DNA of 63,785 nucleotides, the filler included, from Octopus bimaculoides (taxonomy: Eukaryota): assembly GCF_001194135.2 (NCBI RefSeq). It is 6 parts of 5 records of this genome, joined end to end, with 100 filler letters (N's around TTAATTAATTAA, not from the genome) between each part and the next. Parts side by side here need not be neighbours in the genome. Positions count along the whole stretch, not along the records: positions 27,346 to 49,464 come from NC_068989.1; positions 49,565 to 58,644 come from NC_068981.1; 4 more parts are not named here. One strand, 5' to 3'. Shown here one piece after another: positions 37,687-51,645 of the stretch (positions are counted from its first letter, which is position 1; every line of letters starts with the position of its first letter). Both the position numbers and the translations under genes were made by a program. Below the pieces are notes generated by a model, which saw only the letters and a program-made list of their open reading frames with translations, was not told the DNA's origin and ran no database searches.

Positions 37687-38964
37687 TTAGGTTGTCAAGA
37701 AAGTTCTTGCAAAATTTTAAATTTTGGTTTTAAATGATATATTTTCAAATTAATTTTCGTTAAATTACTTTGAATTTATATATCATTTTAAAGCCAGTCT
37801 TTCGCTCTATCTAATCGTGTTACTCTTCCTTTTTGAATTATTAGGCCATTTTTTTCCGGGACGTTGAATACAACATGGACAAAAAGCAAATTCGCACAAT
37901 TTTCTTATTCCTGTTCAAGCTAGGCCGAAAAGCTACTGAAACAGCTTGCGATATCAACGATACGTTTGGCCTAAGAACCGCTAATGAACGTACAGCACAA
38001 TGGTGGTTCAAGAAATTTCGTAGCAGTGCCGAGAGTCTTGGAGATGATAAGCGTAGTGGTCGGCCATCGGATGTTGACAACGATCAACTAAGAGCCTTAG
38101 TGGAAGCCAATCCATACACAGCTGTTCGAGAGCTTGCTTCTGAATTAGACATAACGTATTCGACAATTTCCAACCACTTGAAAGAGATTGGAAAAACAAA
38201 AACACTTGAGAAATGGGTGCCGCACGAATTGAACGACAAAAAAAAAAAAGAAAAAAACCCCACGTTTTGAAGTGTCGTCTTCCTTTCTTTTATGCAACAA
38301 GAACGATCCGTTTCTCGACCGGATTGTGACTTGCAATGAAAAGTGGATTCTTTACGACAACCGACGACGCTCAGCTCAGTGGTTGGATGCCGACGAAGCT
38401 CCACGGCACTTCCCGAAGTCAAAGTTGCACTAAAAGAAGGTCATGGCCACTGTTTGGTGGTCTGCAGCCGACCTCATCCATCACAGCTTTTTAGATCCAG
38501 GTGAAATCATTATGGCGAAGCATTGTCAGCAAATGGATGAAATGCATAAGAAACTCTGACAACAGCCAGCATTGGTCAATAGAAAAGGATCAATTCTTCT
38601 CCACGACAACGCTCGGTCGCACGTCGCACCACTGACCCTGCAGAAGTTGAACGATTTGGGCTATTAAACCCTGCCTCATCCGCCATACTCACCAGACTTC
38701 TCGCCTACCGACTATCACTTTTTCAAGCATCTCGACAACTTCCTGCGTGAGAAATGCTTCAAAAACCAAGACGATGCCAAACACGCCTTCAACGACTTCA
38801 TCGCCACCAGAATGCAGGATTTTTACGCTACTGGCATAAATATACTTGTTTCGCGTTGTTGATTCTGATGGTGTTTATTTCGATTAATAAAGTTTTGTTT
38901 GAGCCGAGATATGTGCATCTGAATTTAAAGGTTAAAAACCGCAAGTACTTTCTTGACAACCCAA
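37687..38964 (+). mobile_element. Full-length (1278 bp) mariner, Hsmar1/cecropia-like
   Basis: 24-bp TIRs TTAGGTTGTCAAGAAAGTTCTTGC (37687-37710) and GCAAGTACTTTCTTGACAACCCAA (38941-38964), 2 mismatches. TA TSD at 37685-37686 and 38965-38966. Confidence 0.97.
37875..38887 (+). pseudogene. Mariner DD34D transposase pseudogene
   Basis: MDKKQIRTIFLF...WVPHEL, poly-A frameshift at ~38238-38257, RIVTCNEKWILYDN (first catalytic D changed to N), LLHDNARSH, HPPYSPDFSPTDYHFF, several stops, ends VDSDGVYFD*. Confidence 0.95.
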
Positions 38965-39007
38965 TAGTAGACTAGTACCCTCCCACCAAATTTCAGTAGA
39001 TTATTTT

Positions 39008-39185
39008 ATTAAGGCCGCGAGCTGTCGAAATCGTTACGACACCGGACAAAATGCTTAGCGACATTTCGTCCATCTTTACGTTCTGAGTTCAAATACTATC
39101 GAGGTTGACTTTGTCTTTCATCAGGTAATCGATTTAACCCTTCCCCTGAAATTGCTGATCTTGTGCCAAAATCTAAAACCTTTAA
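39008..39185 (+). mobile_element. SINE family B with internal deletion
   Basis: Head and core, then GTAATCGATTT...CTTGTGCCAAAATC. Confidence 0.75.
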
Positions 39186-39847
39186 TTTGCAATGATGACC
39201 GAAGTTTATTCCTGTAGGGAAAATGTAACTGTAAAAGTCGTTTATAATGTACCACATAATGTACATCAAGCAAACCACCAATACCATCACTACAATTGTC
39301 TCAGTATCATAACAGTGCACATGACTACAATCTTAGTAAGCCGCAATAACTATACTCGTTCTATTACAACAACCGCAACCAAACAAACATAACACCAAAA
39401 TAATTAATTCCATATGACGATCACTATCTCAACACCACCCCCTTTAATCTAATACAACAACTCATTCACCAGTTTAGTAATCCCTGTACATCACATTTGC
39501 ATAATAACCATCGCAGCCAGTGTCCACATTGGCGATCGGTTGACAGAATCGTTGGAGAGTCGAACAAAATACTTGTATTATTTAGTTACTCCCCTTTACA
39601 GTCTGAGTTCAAATTTTACCGGCGTCAAATCTGTCCATCTTTCTTCCAAGGGCAATATGATAAAATAACAGTTGATTTGATATTTCTATAACCTAATTGT
39701 AGATGTGAATATAACTATGATAGAAGATTATCATTACACCATATTAACATGCCCATGCAAGTACAACTTCTCATTCTCTGTCACGGTCCCTACCAAAATT
39801 CCACCAAGGACTATTGTACACTCTTAAGCTTCATTCCAGAGTGCATA

Positions 39848-39873
39848 TCTATATATATAAAAATGAGAATGTG

Positions 39874-39904
<31 letters not shown>

Positions 39905-41424
39905 GTGTGTGAATCCCTAAAACTCGAGAACTACGCAACCAATTTCATTCAAATTTTACAGATGCCTTACTTAGGGTTCCAGTTGTGTTTTAGTCAAAAA
40001 AATATTTTAACTTCTTGCAGAGTTCGAGCCCACGGCAACATAATATCTCCTCCACTATTTAAGTATTACGTGTCAAAAGTGAAACAAAAACACTCATGTC
40101 AAATACTTTCACTTTAAAAATGAAACTATTCCACTAANNNNNNNNNNNNNNNNNNNNNNNNNNNNNNNNNNNNNNNNNNNNNNNNNNNNNNNNNNNNNNN
40201 NNNNNNNNNNNNNNNNNNNNNNNNNNNNNNNNNNNNNNNNNNNNNNNNNNNNNNNNNNNNNNNNNNNNNNNNNNNNNNNNNNNNNNNNNNNNNNNNNNNN
40301 NNNNNNNNNNNNNNNNNNNNNNNNNNNNNNNNNNNNNNNNNNNNNNNNNNNNNNNNNNNNNNNNNNNNNNNNNNNNNNNNNNNNNNNNNNNNNNNNNNNN
40401 NNNNNNNNNNNNNNNNNNNNNNNNNNNNNNNNNNNNNNNNNNNNNNNNNNNNNNNNNNNNNNNNNNNNNNNNNNNNNNNNNNNNNNNNNNNNNNNNNNNN
40501 NNNNNNNNNNNNNNNNNNNNNNNNNNNNNNNNNNNNNNNNNNNNNNNNNNNNNNNNNNNNNNNNNNNNNNNNNNNNNNNNNNNNNNNNNNNNNNNNNNNN
40601 NNNNNNNNNNNNNNNNNNNNNNNNNNNNNNNNNNNNNNNNNNNNNNNNNNNNNNNNNNNNNNNNNNNNNNNNNNNNNNNNNNNNNNNNNNNNNNNNNNNN
40701 NNNNNNNNNNNNNNNNNNNNNNNNNNNNNNNNNNNNNNNNNNNNNNNNNNNNNNNNNNNNNNNNNNNNNNNNNNNNNNNNNNNNNNNNNNNNNNNNNNNN
40801 NNNNNNNNNNNNNNNNNNNNNNNNNNNNNNNNNNNNNNNNNNNNNNNNNNNNNNNNNNNNNNNNNNNNNNNNNNNNNNNNNNNNNNNNNNNNNNNNNNNN
40901 NNNNNNNNNNNNNNNNNNNNNNNNNNNNNNNNNNNNNNNNNNNNNNNNNNNNNNNNNNNNNNNNNNNNNNNNNNNNNNNNNNNNNNNNNNNNNNNNNNNN
41001 NNNNNNNNNNNNNNNNNNNNNNNNNNNNNNNNNNNNNNNNNNNNNNNNNNNNNNNNNNNNNNNNNNNNNNNNNNNNNNNNNCAATGTGGTGCATAAATTG
41101 TCAAGTAAATGAGACGCATCTTTGCCTCCACTGATTCACTTGCAAAGTGTTGAGTAAAATTATTTCGTTGCAGACTTCCTTTGAGTCTTTTTATTATCAC
41201 TGCGACACAGAGTCCCCAGTTGGTAACATTGATTTCAAGGCCTTCCCAGATGAGAGACTGGCATTCCACTTAATGTCTATGTTCCATGCTGGCATGGATT
41301 GGAGAGTTATTAATGTAGAAATATGGTATCGTAGCTACTAACAGTTGAGGGTAGCGTAGTCTAGACGGCGTTTTTAGATTTCATTATTCTCTTTAACCCG
41401 GGCAAAGCCGGGTATTTCTGCTAG
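39848..41424 (+). mobile_element. Non-autonomous Helitron (internal gap 40138-41081)
   Basis: 5' A|TCTATATATATAAAA, subterminal (GTCT)n, 3' GC hairpin ACCCGG-G-CAAAG-CCGGGT (41396-41413), then CTAG|T (41421-41425). That both ends belong to one element is inferred across the gap. Confidence 0.8.
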
Positions 41425-42474
41425 TTTACAATATTTACAGCAATACAAAATTTCGATCGGCTTGATCTTCGATCATCAATATCGTTCCAGGAACTGTTCT
41501 TAGCCACTGACTGTATTAAATTAAATTACATGATAATGATAAGAGAATAAACCCACTGAAACACCATGCATATGTAAATATTGAAAAATATACATTCTAA
41601 AGAAGAGGTTAATCGTTTGAAAAATTATAATCTTATTAGCAGCAACAGATATCAGACATTTTAGGTATTTAATATAATTTTCAAGTAAACAGTGTAAGAA
41701 ACTTTCAATATTTCATGAAGAACACAGCTCATGTGCTTTGATGAATATTTAACTAACGCTCTTTTAGCCTCATTGCCTTTCAGTTTTACCTAGCATGGGT
41801 AACATTTTCACTATTGAGTTTACCCAAGTTTTTACTAGATATTTTACTGTCTTTGAATAATTGATAATGGTCTGCGTGCGACCTTTATTTTCTAGTCACA
41901 ATTATACTGTGTGCGATGGATGCATTGCCCAAGAATATAAATGCAATTGTGAAGGCTGAATACAAACTTAATTAACTGAACTGGCACCAAACAAATTTTC
42001 TCTTGGAATCCAATTCTTTAAAAATATTTCTAGCTGGAAACCTCACAAAATCTAAGGAAATTATATCTGCAGACTTATGGCAGTATCTAAGAAATCATAG
42101 ATAATTCAACAGATATTTCTTTTCCTTCGATATTTTCGTTTGTTTTTGTATTTTTATACGAAACACGGTAACAAAATATAAGATTTAAAGTTTTGCCAAA
42201 GAATATTATGATTTTATGCACTATGTCTGGCGAGCTGATTATATAGTCCTGTATTCAATCCAGCAACCAGTTTTAACACCAGCATTTAGATCTTAGGTGC
42301 ATTTAGAGGACTCTACAATTTTTTAAAGTATTTAGACCAAATTCCCAGTGTCTCTCCATCGGATCTGTATTGCCTTCTCTGACAAAACCATAAAAAATAG
42401 CATTAAATATAATGTCCGGTAGTCTTTAATATTATAACGGTATTGGAAAATATATTAGTATTTCGTGTTATAGT

Positions 42475-42654
42475 AATATTGGGCGATCTTACGTTACCAG
42501 TTCCAAAGCTGTCACTTCAACCACGTGTTTGTTTATTCACATCACATCGGCCTTTTCCGTAAAAGGGTTTTAGGGTTAGAGTTAGGGTTACGGTTAGGGT
42601 TATGGACGGAATTCCCTAACCCTAACCTAACCTAACTTAAGATCGCCTTATATT
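42475..42654. mobile_element. Small TIR element containing opposed telomere-like repeats
   Basis: 17-bp inverted ends AATATTGGGCGATCTTA and TAAGATCGCCTTATATT (2 mismatches). About 5 (TTAGGG)-like units at 42569-42602 and about 4 (CCCTAA)-like units at 42614-42636. Confidence 0.6.
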
Positions 42655-42664
42655 GAATGTAACA

Positions 42665-43083
42665 GTTCTTTCTGTAATAAGCACAAGGCTAGCAATTACT
42701 TTGGGGGGCGGGAAGGTTGGTCTTACATCACTCTGAGTGCTCAAATAATACTTATTTTATCTAACCTCGAAGAGATGAAAGACAAAGTTGCACCACGGCG
42801 GAACTTAGAACAAAATATTACTAAACATTTTGTCAGGTGTGCAAACAACTCTGCTAGCTGGTCGCATACATTGCATGTTATAATATTATTAGCTTCAAGG
42901 CCAGCAATTAAGCCGATTAAATCCACCCCAGTGTTCAACTGCTATTTATTTTATCGACCCCGAAAGGATAAAATGCAAAGTCAACCTCCGCGGAATTGGA
43001 ACTCAGAATGAATGTAAAGACGGACGAAATATTGCTAAACATTTTCCCCGGCGTGCTAATGATTCTGCCAGCTCGCTGCCTTA
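42665..43083 (-). mobile_element. Two tandem family B SINEs (42665-42868, 42885-43083)
   Basis: Reverse-complement matches to the family B head and core. Confidence 0.75.
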
Positions 43084-43191
43084 ATTGACTGTTATAATAT
43101 CATTAGCTATCACAGTATAGTGCATATTGTAGTATTCGATATTATAGTGGTTGGTACTGCATATGCTTATTACATATAATTTACATTCAAT

Positions 43192-43340
43192 CCGTCTCTA
43201 CATCCTGAGTTCAAATTTCGACGAGGCCAACTTTGCCTTTCATCCTTTCGTGGTCGATAAAATAAGTACGAATTGAGTAATCGACTTACTCCCTCCCCCG
43301 AACTTACTGGTCTTGTGCCAAAATCTGAAACCATTATTAC
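43192..43340 (+). mobile_element. SINE family B, 5'-truncated
   Basis: GAGTTCAAATTTCGACGAGGCCAACTTTGCCTTTCATCCTTTCG...GATAAAATAAGTAC. Confidence 0.8.
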
Positions 43341-43971
43341 ATATTATAATATTATTGACTATTATAGTGGTATTGGATAGTGTAATAGAACTAAAGAGCA
43401 TGGTCGTATTAGATATTATAACAGTATTGAATATAAAGATATTGTATAGAATTATACAGAGTAATAGTATTGTATATTATAGCAGTAATAGATATAAAAG
43501 TAATAAATACTAATATCATAGTACGGCATATAATGTCATATAGTATAATATATTATAGTCGTATTAAGTACTAAAGTCATACTATGACATATAATATTCA
43601 GTATCATTGATTGTAATCCAACATCCTTCAACAGTTTTACTTTTTTCGCTGAGTTACGAAACTTTTACAAATTTTCTTATAAATCAGCCTACTAATTCGT
43701 CTGACAGACAGAATGGCTATATTTAATAAATGGGTTAATCTTTTATTCAATAAACACACAGACGATTCTTTCCTCTAGAAATACTCTGACATTCCAGTGA
43801 AAACTGGGTTGAGAGGTTAGTTCCTTCAATAAACATATTGACCGATTCTTCCAACGTAACCAACTAATATCTAGTTATATTCTAGACTTGTACTTATTTG
43901 CCAAGTGATTTGAACTGAGATCAAGTTGAGACAAAATTAATTGCGTCGTGCTTGAGTCATTTTAGATATTA

Positions 43972-44003
<32 letters not shown>

Positions 44004-44120
44004 GTTATATTCGCTTTTATCTCATCATTATTATAGTATATGTACTATTAATTTGATACATAATAATAACATAGCCAGAGTAAATGTAGCATCGTGTATA
44101 TGTTTGATATCTACATTGAA

Positions 44121-44175
<55 letters not shown>

Positions 44176-44354
44176 GTATCAGTGAGTGTGCGCGCGCGCT
44201 TATGCATTTGTGTATGGAAGTATACATAAATACACGGTGTAAGACTGGAGAATATCGTGTGAAACTGTACTTATGATATCTTTACACGTGCTTCAGTGAC
44301 AATCGCACAATGATTATGTGTGACTAACATAATGCATATTTTATATATATTCGT

Positions 44355-44610
44355 TTACTTGTTTCAGTCATTTGACTGCGGCGATGCTGAAGCACCGCTT
44401 TTAGTCGAACAAATCGACCCCAAGACTTATTCTTTGTAAGCCTAGCACTTATTCTATCGGCATCTTTTGCCAAACCGCCAGGTTACGGGGACCTAAACAC
44501 ACCAACATCAGTTTTAAATGATGGTAGGGGGCAAACACATGCACACAAATATGTATATATATATATATACGACGGGCTCGTTTCAGTTTCCATCTATCAA
44601 ATCCACTCAC
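44355..44610 (-). mobile_element. SINE family C (3' half, microsatellite, start of 5' half)
   Basis: Colinear with 55138-55650. Confidence 0.85.
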
Positions 44611-44617
44611 ATATATG

Positions 44618-44654
<37 letters not shown>

Positions 44655-44922
44655 ATNNNNNNNNNNNNNNNNNNNNNNNNNNNNNNNNNNNNNNNNNNNN
44701 NNNNNNNNNNNNNNNNNNNNNNNATACATATATAAATTAATATAAACAACTAAGCGCAACATAATAATATAAATGAAAAATTTTATTCTCACTAATTTTG
44801 ATAGAGGGTGCCAAAGTACTTATATTGCGAAAAATAAGAGTCAAAGACTCTTACTGTTGTAAGAAGCGCGCAATACATATACACTGACAGGGGAGATAAC
44901 CGTCCCACAGGCGTCTCTAGGT

Positions 44923-44973
44923 TCACTAGACTAGACTAGTTTCGTCTATCAATCGTAGGCACGTCAGTAGTGA
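44923..44973 (-). ncRNA. Minimal type-I hammerhead-ribozyme-like motif
   Basis: Minus strand: TCACTA-CTGACGT-GCCTA/CGATTGA/TAGAC-GAAA-CTAG-TC-TAGTC-TAGTGA. GUC triplet, palindromic ACTAGT stem III; A9 changed to U. Confidence 0.6.
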
Positions 44974-46276
44974 CTACTCAAAACCTCGATGGTCTGGCTG
45001 AATCTGGCTGTCAGTATATATAATTTTAGCATAAAAATTTATGTTTGATTTAGCGAAATGCTAATACGTATATTAAAAATCAATATTTACAGTTAGGCGC
45101 AACATAATACCATAATGGAAAAAATATTATCGTCACTAATTATGACTGAGTGTACTGAAGCACCTATGTTGCAAGAAATAAGAGTTAAAAACGCTTAATG
45201 CTGTAAGAAGTGTGCAGTAGATACACACTGACAGGTGAGATAATTTATGTGTTATATATGTGTGTGTGTGTGTGTGTTTGTGTGTGTGTGTGCGTGTGTG
45301 TGTGTGTTTGTGTGTGTGTACGTATGTAAAGTTAAACAAAATGTGAGACAATGCTTATAAGATGTTTACTTCATGTTGCGTACATTCAATGGAAACTATA
45401 TATAATGGAAATTATATAATTGAGACTTAGTGAGCAACCGTCAGAGACGTGTATGCTTTATACTTTTGTGCTTTATGCATAACATTAGTATGTTAACTAT
45501 ATTGGGTGAATGTATACNNNNNNNNNNNNNNNNNNNNNNNNNNNNNNNNNNNNNNNNNNNNNNNNNNNNNNNNNNNNNNNNNNNNNNNNNNNNNNNNNNN
45601 NNNNNNNNNNNNNNNNNNNNNNNNNNNNNNNNNNNNNNNNNNNNNNNNNNNNNNNNNNNNNNNNNNNNNNNNNNNNNNNNNNNNNNNNNNNNNNNNNNNN
45701 NNNNNNNNNNNNNNNNNNNNNNNNNNNNNNNNNNNNNNNNNNNNNNNNNNNNNNNNNNNNNNNNNNNNNNNNNNNNNNNNNNNNNNNNNNNNNNNNNNNN
45801 NNNNNNNNNNNNNNNNNNNNNNNNNNNNNNNNNNNNNNNNNNNNNNNNNNNNNNNNNNNNNNNNNNNNNNNNNNNNNNNNNNNNNNNNNNNNNNNNNNNN
45901 NNNNNNNNNNNNNNNNNNNNNNNNNNNNNNNNNNNNNNNNNNNNNNNNNNNNNNNNNNNNNNNNNNNNNNNNNNNNNNNNNNNNNNNNNNNNNNNNNNNN
46001 NNNNNNNNNNNNNNNNNNNNNNNNNNNNNNNNNNNNNNNNNNNNNNNNNNNNNNNNNNNNNNNNNNNNNNNNNNNNNNNNNNNNNNNNNNNNNNNNNNNN
46101 NNNNNNNNNNNNNNNNNNNNNNNNNNNNNNNNNNNNNNNNNNNNNNNNNNNNNNNNNNNNNNNNNNNNNNNNNNNNNNNNNNNNNNNNNNNNNNNNNNNN
46201 NNNNNNNNNNNNNNNNNNNNNNNNNNNNNNNNNNNNNNNNNNNNNNNNNNNNNNNNNNNNNNNNNNNNNNNNNNNN

Positions 46277-46315
<39 letters not shown>

Positions 46316-46378
46316 AATAATAAATGAGTATATGCATATATACGTACAGGTGTGTGTATGCATACGTCTACCTGTATA

Positions 46379-46718
46379 TATAGGTGCATATCTGGGTACA
46401 GGACACTGCAAACGTAGACAAGAAATAATAATAACCAGAGTACAGAAAACACACAAGCCACGTAGAGAACATTTTCCTTCATCAGCTACCCCCGTTTTTA
46501 ACACCGGCGTTTCGAAGAGTTGGGCAGGACGCAAATTAAATTTGTATACACAAATTAAACCTGTGCCACGGAGGAATGTAGTGGCGGACACAAAACAAGA
46601 CAGGAACACAAACGGAAAAGGCTATGCGGCCACACGTGAAAAATTATGTGTATATGAACGCTGTGAGGCACGAACTTGAAAGTGGGGACGAAGTAAGTTC
46701 GCGTGTTTGCTCGGCGAT
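46379..46718. repeat. Dispersed ~340-bp repeat, copy 2
   Basis: Aligns with 23300-23646. Confidence 0.85.
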
Positions 46719-46834
46719 AGCCAAGGAAGAAAAAGATTATTGACCGGAAGCATGTGACCATGCAGGGGTAAGGGGGAGAGAGAGTGGTAGAGGGAGAAAC
46801 AAAGGGAGGAAGTAGAAGAATAGGTGAGCAACGA

Positions 46835-46970
46835 GAGAAAGAGAGGAATATAGTGGTAACAGAAGGAAGTACGAAGGGGGGAGAGAGAGATATAGTAGTA
46901 ACAGAAGGAAGAATGAGAGGGGTAAAGAGAGATACGTAGTAGTAACAGAGGAAGAACGAGAGGGGCAAAA
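46835..46970. repeat. Purine-rich ~40-45 bp tandem repeat (about 3 units containing TAGTAGTAACAGAAGGAAG)
   Basis: Direct reading. Confidence 0.7.
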
Positions 46971-47400
46971 AGTGACAGAGAAAGAGATAGAGTAGCGTCG
47001 GCGGGTCCTGCGCATGTGGCGAACCTTCTCCGAAACTCTCTTTACAATCTACGTAGGCCCATACCCTCCTCTGCCGGTGTTTTGTAAATTACTGGAACCT
47101 CGGTTGCGAAGACTATATTTAGGATAAATACTGGATTTCTTTTGCTTTTGCTTTCTCTAGGCAGGTGTGATTTGAACTCAGAATGTAGAGTCCCGGAAAA
47201 CATCTCTTCCGACGCGCCAGCAATTCTTCCACTCTCCCACCCGCAGAGTAGCGTGCAATGAAGTGTTCTGAGCAAGAACAAAACGCATCATCCAGCCAGG
47301 GAATCAAGCCTAATCACCCTAATGACTGGGTCATGCGCCTCCATATCCATATATATACATACATACATACATACATATATATATATATATGTATATATAT

Positions 47401-47439
<39 letters not shown>

Positions 47440-48699
47440 GATATGTATGTATGTATATATATATATATATATATATATGCATGTGTGTGTGTGAATGTTT
47501 GTATGTAATTATACGCATACGTAATGCAAAGTAGAGATTGTCCAAAGGGGTTAAAAGAGAGATTTTTGAGTGAAATGGGAGAAGGTTAGAAGACATATTA
47601 ACGACAATGCAAGTAAATCCATCAAAACAGGTGAATTTGAAATATGGAGAGTATTAGGTTAGTTCAAATAATAAACCTCGATCCATATGTACGGAACAAA
47701 TGTGTGTGTAAACTAGGTATGAGGTAGGATTGTGTAAATATGTCTTTGAAGTGCATTCTTTGTAAGTTTAGATTAATGGTTCACCTAAATTATTGCGAGT
47801 CTAAGCCTACAGGAAACACATGAGCTGGGAGGAAATTTCAGAATGTGGGTGATCTGAGGAGGAAGGAGTGGGATTTGTGTGTCGTTCTTTTATACTTAAT
47901 GTCAAAGTTAATCTTCGATTTGAAGTTTCATACGAATTTACATAAACTGGCAACGAAATATCTTGTACCAAACAGCAAAGAGTGCGGATGAGGGTAAGAG
48001 TGAATTTTGAAAGAGTTTGTTGTTATGATTTTGTTATTACTTAGAAACACCTTTAATACTTGTAATAGTTGTTCCTTTATCAGTACAGTTACTGTACATT
48101 CGAACAAAGAAATATATGGGAAGATATACGCGAAGAAAGATATCAACTTTCATGCGACCAATACTCGAAAAATAATTGCGAAGTTTAGGTTTTGTTGATT
48201 CAGAAATTTTTACAGAATTTGTATTTAAACTTTTGTGATAGCTACTGGGATGGAAACTTGTTGATTGAAGAGAAGATTAAACTCATGTGTTACAGCATGT
48301 TTGATTTCTGATGGTCCATGACGTTTTAAATGTACTTTTTTTTCTGAATCAGTTCGCACTAGCGCTTCATTGTAGTAGTGAAATTCATTAGAATTGGTTA
48401 GAAAAGTGTATTGTAAAAATATATAACCAAACATATAATCCTACAAGCATATAAGCATTTTACACTAGGCCTGCCACGTAAATAAACTTCGTGAATTGAG
48501 TATCAAATATTTTAATTTTTCTATTGATCTCTTTGTTTTTCTTCTCTTTAGTAAAGGGTGCCACCCAAAATATTACATACAACTCAATTTTTTACCATTG
48601 GGCTATTTATGTTCATTGCATACCTTTCTGTTGTTGGTTTTGCTTATATTTATTTCTACTCTTTTTCAGCCTCGTAATCTTCCTCGTTTTATTTGTGTG

Positions 48700-49990
<1,291 letters not shown>

Positions 49991-50439
49991 ATCATCATCA
50001 TGTTTGTAGAAGGTGGTGGTTGAGAGAATCATTAAAGCCCCAGAAAAAATTCCTTATGGTAGTTCTTCTAGTTCTTTACATTCATAGTTCAAACCTCACC
50101 AAAGTCAACTTTGCTTGATATTCTTTTAGTTAAGTACTGTGGTTGATGCAGTTGGCTTGCCAGCCACCCTCAAAATTTCTTGGCCTTGTACCTATATTAG
50201 AAACTGTTTATCTTTATAATTCTTGGCTTGAGAAATACACCAAGAATTTTCATTCTTATAACAATAATTAAGTATATCATGATCATGATCATCACTGTTT
50301 TAGCGGTCACTCTTTCTGAATCAAACAGAATTTGTTAGGGTAGCTTTTGTATAGCCAAATGCCTTTTCTGTTGCCAACCTTCACCTGTTTTCAAGTAAGG
50401 TAATATTTTCCCTTAGCCAGACAGAAGTAATTACAGAGG

Positions 50440-51645
50440 TATCAAATTGCTGGATCAGGTTAAGAAAGTTACAAAGAAAATCATAGCTCAACTAATTAGG
50501 AAGAGAGTTAACCTAGATGAGATGCAGTTTGGTTTTGTGCCAGGAAGAAGCACTACTGATGCTGTCTTCCTAGTAAGACAACTGTAGGTGAAACATTTAG
50601 CTAAAAATAAATTGCTGTACTTTTTGACATGGAGAAAGCCTTAGGCAGGGTACCTTGCTTCCTCATAAGGTGGTCAATGCAGGAGCAAGGGGCATATGAG
50701 TGCCTGGTAAGAGCTATCACAATCATGTATAGGGATGCTATCAGTAAGGTGGAAATCAGTAATGAGTATAGCATGCAGAAGATCACCAAGGACCACTTCT
50801 CAACCTTCTCTTGTTTGTCATAGTCTTCCAGGCCATAACAGAGGAATTTAAAACTGGTGGTCAATAGGATCTTCTCTATGCTGATGACCTTGTTCTTATC
50901 ACTGAATCTCTAGTAGAGTTAGAGGAGAAGTTTCAGGTGTGGAAGTAAGGACTGGCACCAAAGACCCCTAATGTTTACTTAGTAAAGACCAAAGTCCTAA
51001 TAAGTAGGAAAGCAAACAAATTACCAAGCTCTTCATGGAAATGGTTCTGCTTGATATATAAGAAAGGTGTAGGTGGAAATTCCATACAGTGTACTCAGTG
51101 CAAAATATAAGAGATGCAACAGAATCACGGGAGGGCTAATAGAGAAAATAATTCTTGTGTATGGCAGATGTGCAGAAACAATAAACAGTAAGAGCACTTA
51201 GTAGATATATTTTTTCAAATGTCGAGAAAGATTTTTTGAAGTTTCTGTTGATTAGGTGACCAAATAAACAGTGGAGGAGGATGCTCTGAAAGCATAGTTA
51301 CTACAATAGGAACTGGTTCAACAACATTCAGAGCAAAAGGTGGATTGTATGATGCCTGTGTACAAACAGAAATGCTACATGGTAGTGAATCATGAGTTGT
51401 GAATGCAGAGGACATGTGAACACTTGAAAGAAATGAAACCATCTTGCTGCACTGGATGTACAATGTCAGTGTGCATGTATGACAAAGTGTAAGTGTTTTG
51501 TGAGAAAAATTGGGTATAAGAGGCATCAAATGTAATGTGCAAGAGAGAAGACTGTGCTGGTATGGTCATGATGCATATGGACAAAGACAGTTGTATGTGG
51601 AAGTGGAAGACTTGGAAGATGTGAGATGAAGTGGTGGAAGACTAT
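50440..51645 (+). mobile_element. RTE-type LINE reverse-transcriptase remnant
   Basis: IKLLDQ...MQFGFVPGRSTTDAVFLVRQL...FDMEKAL...LLYADDLVL...KTKVL; many stops and indels. Confidence 0.88.

Larger units (their letters stand above)
37535..38995 (+). mobile_element. Family B SINE split by the mariner insertion
   Basis: Head and core at 37535-37686; tail resumes after 38966 (GTAGACTAGTACCCTCCCACCAAATTTC). Confidence 0.8.
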
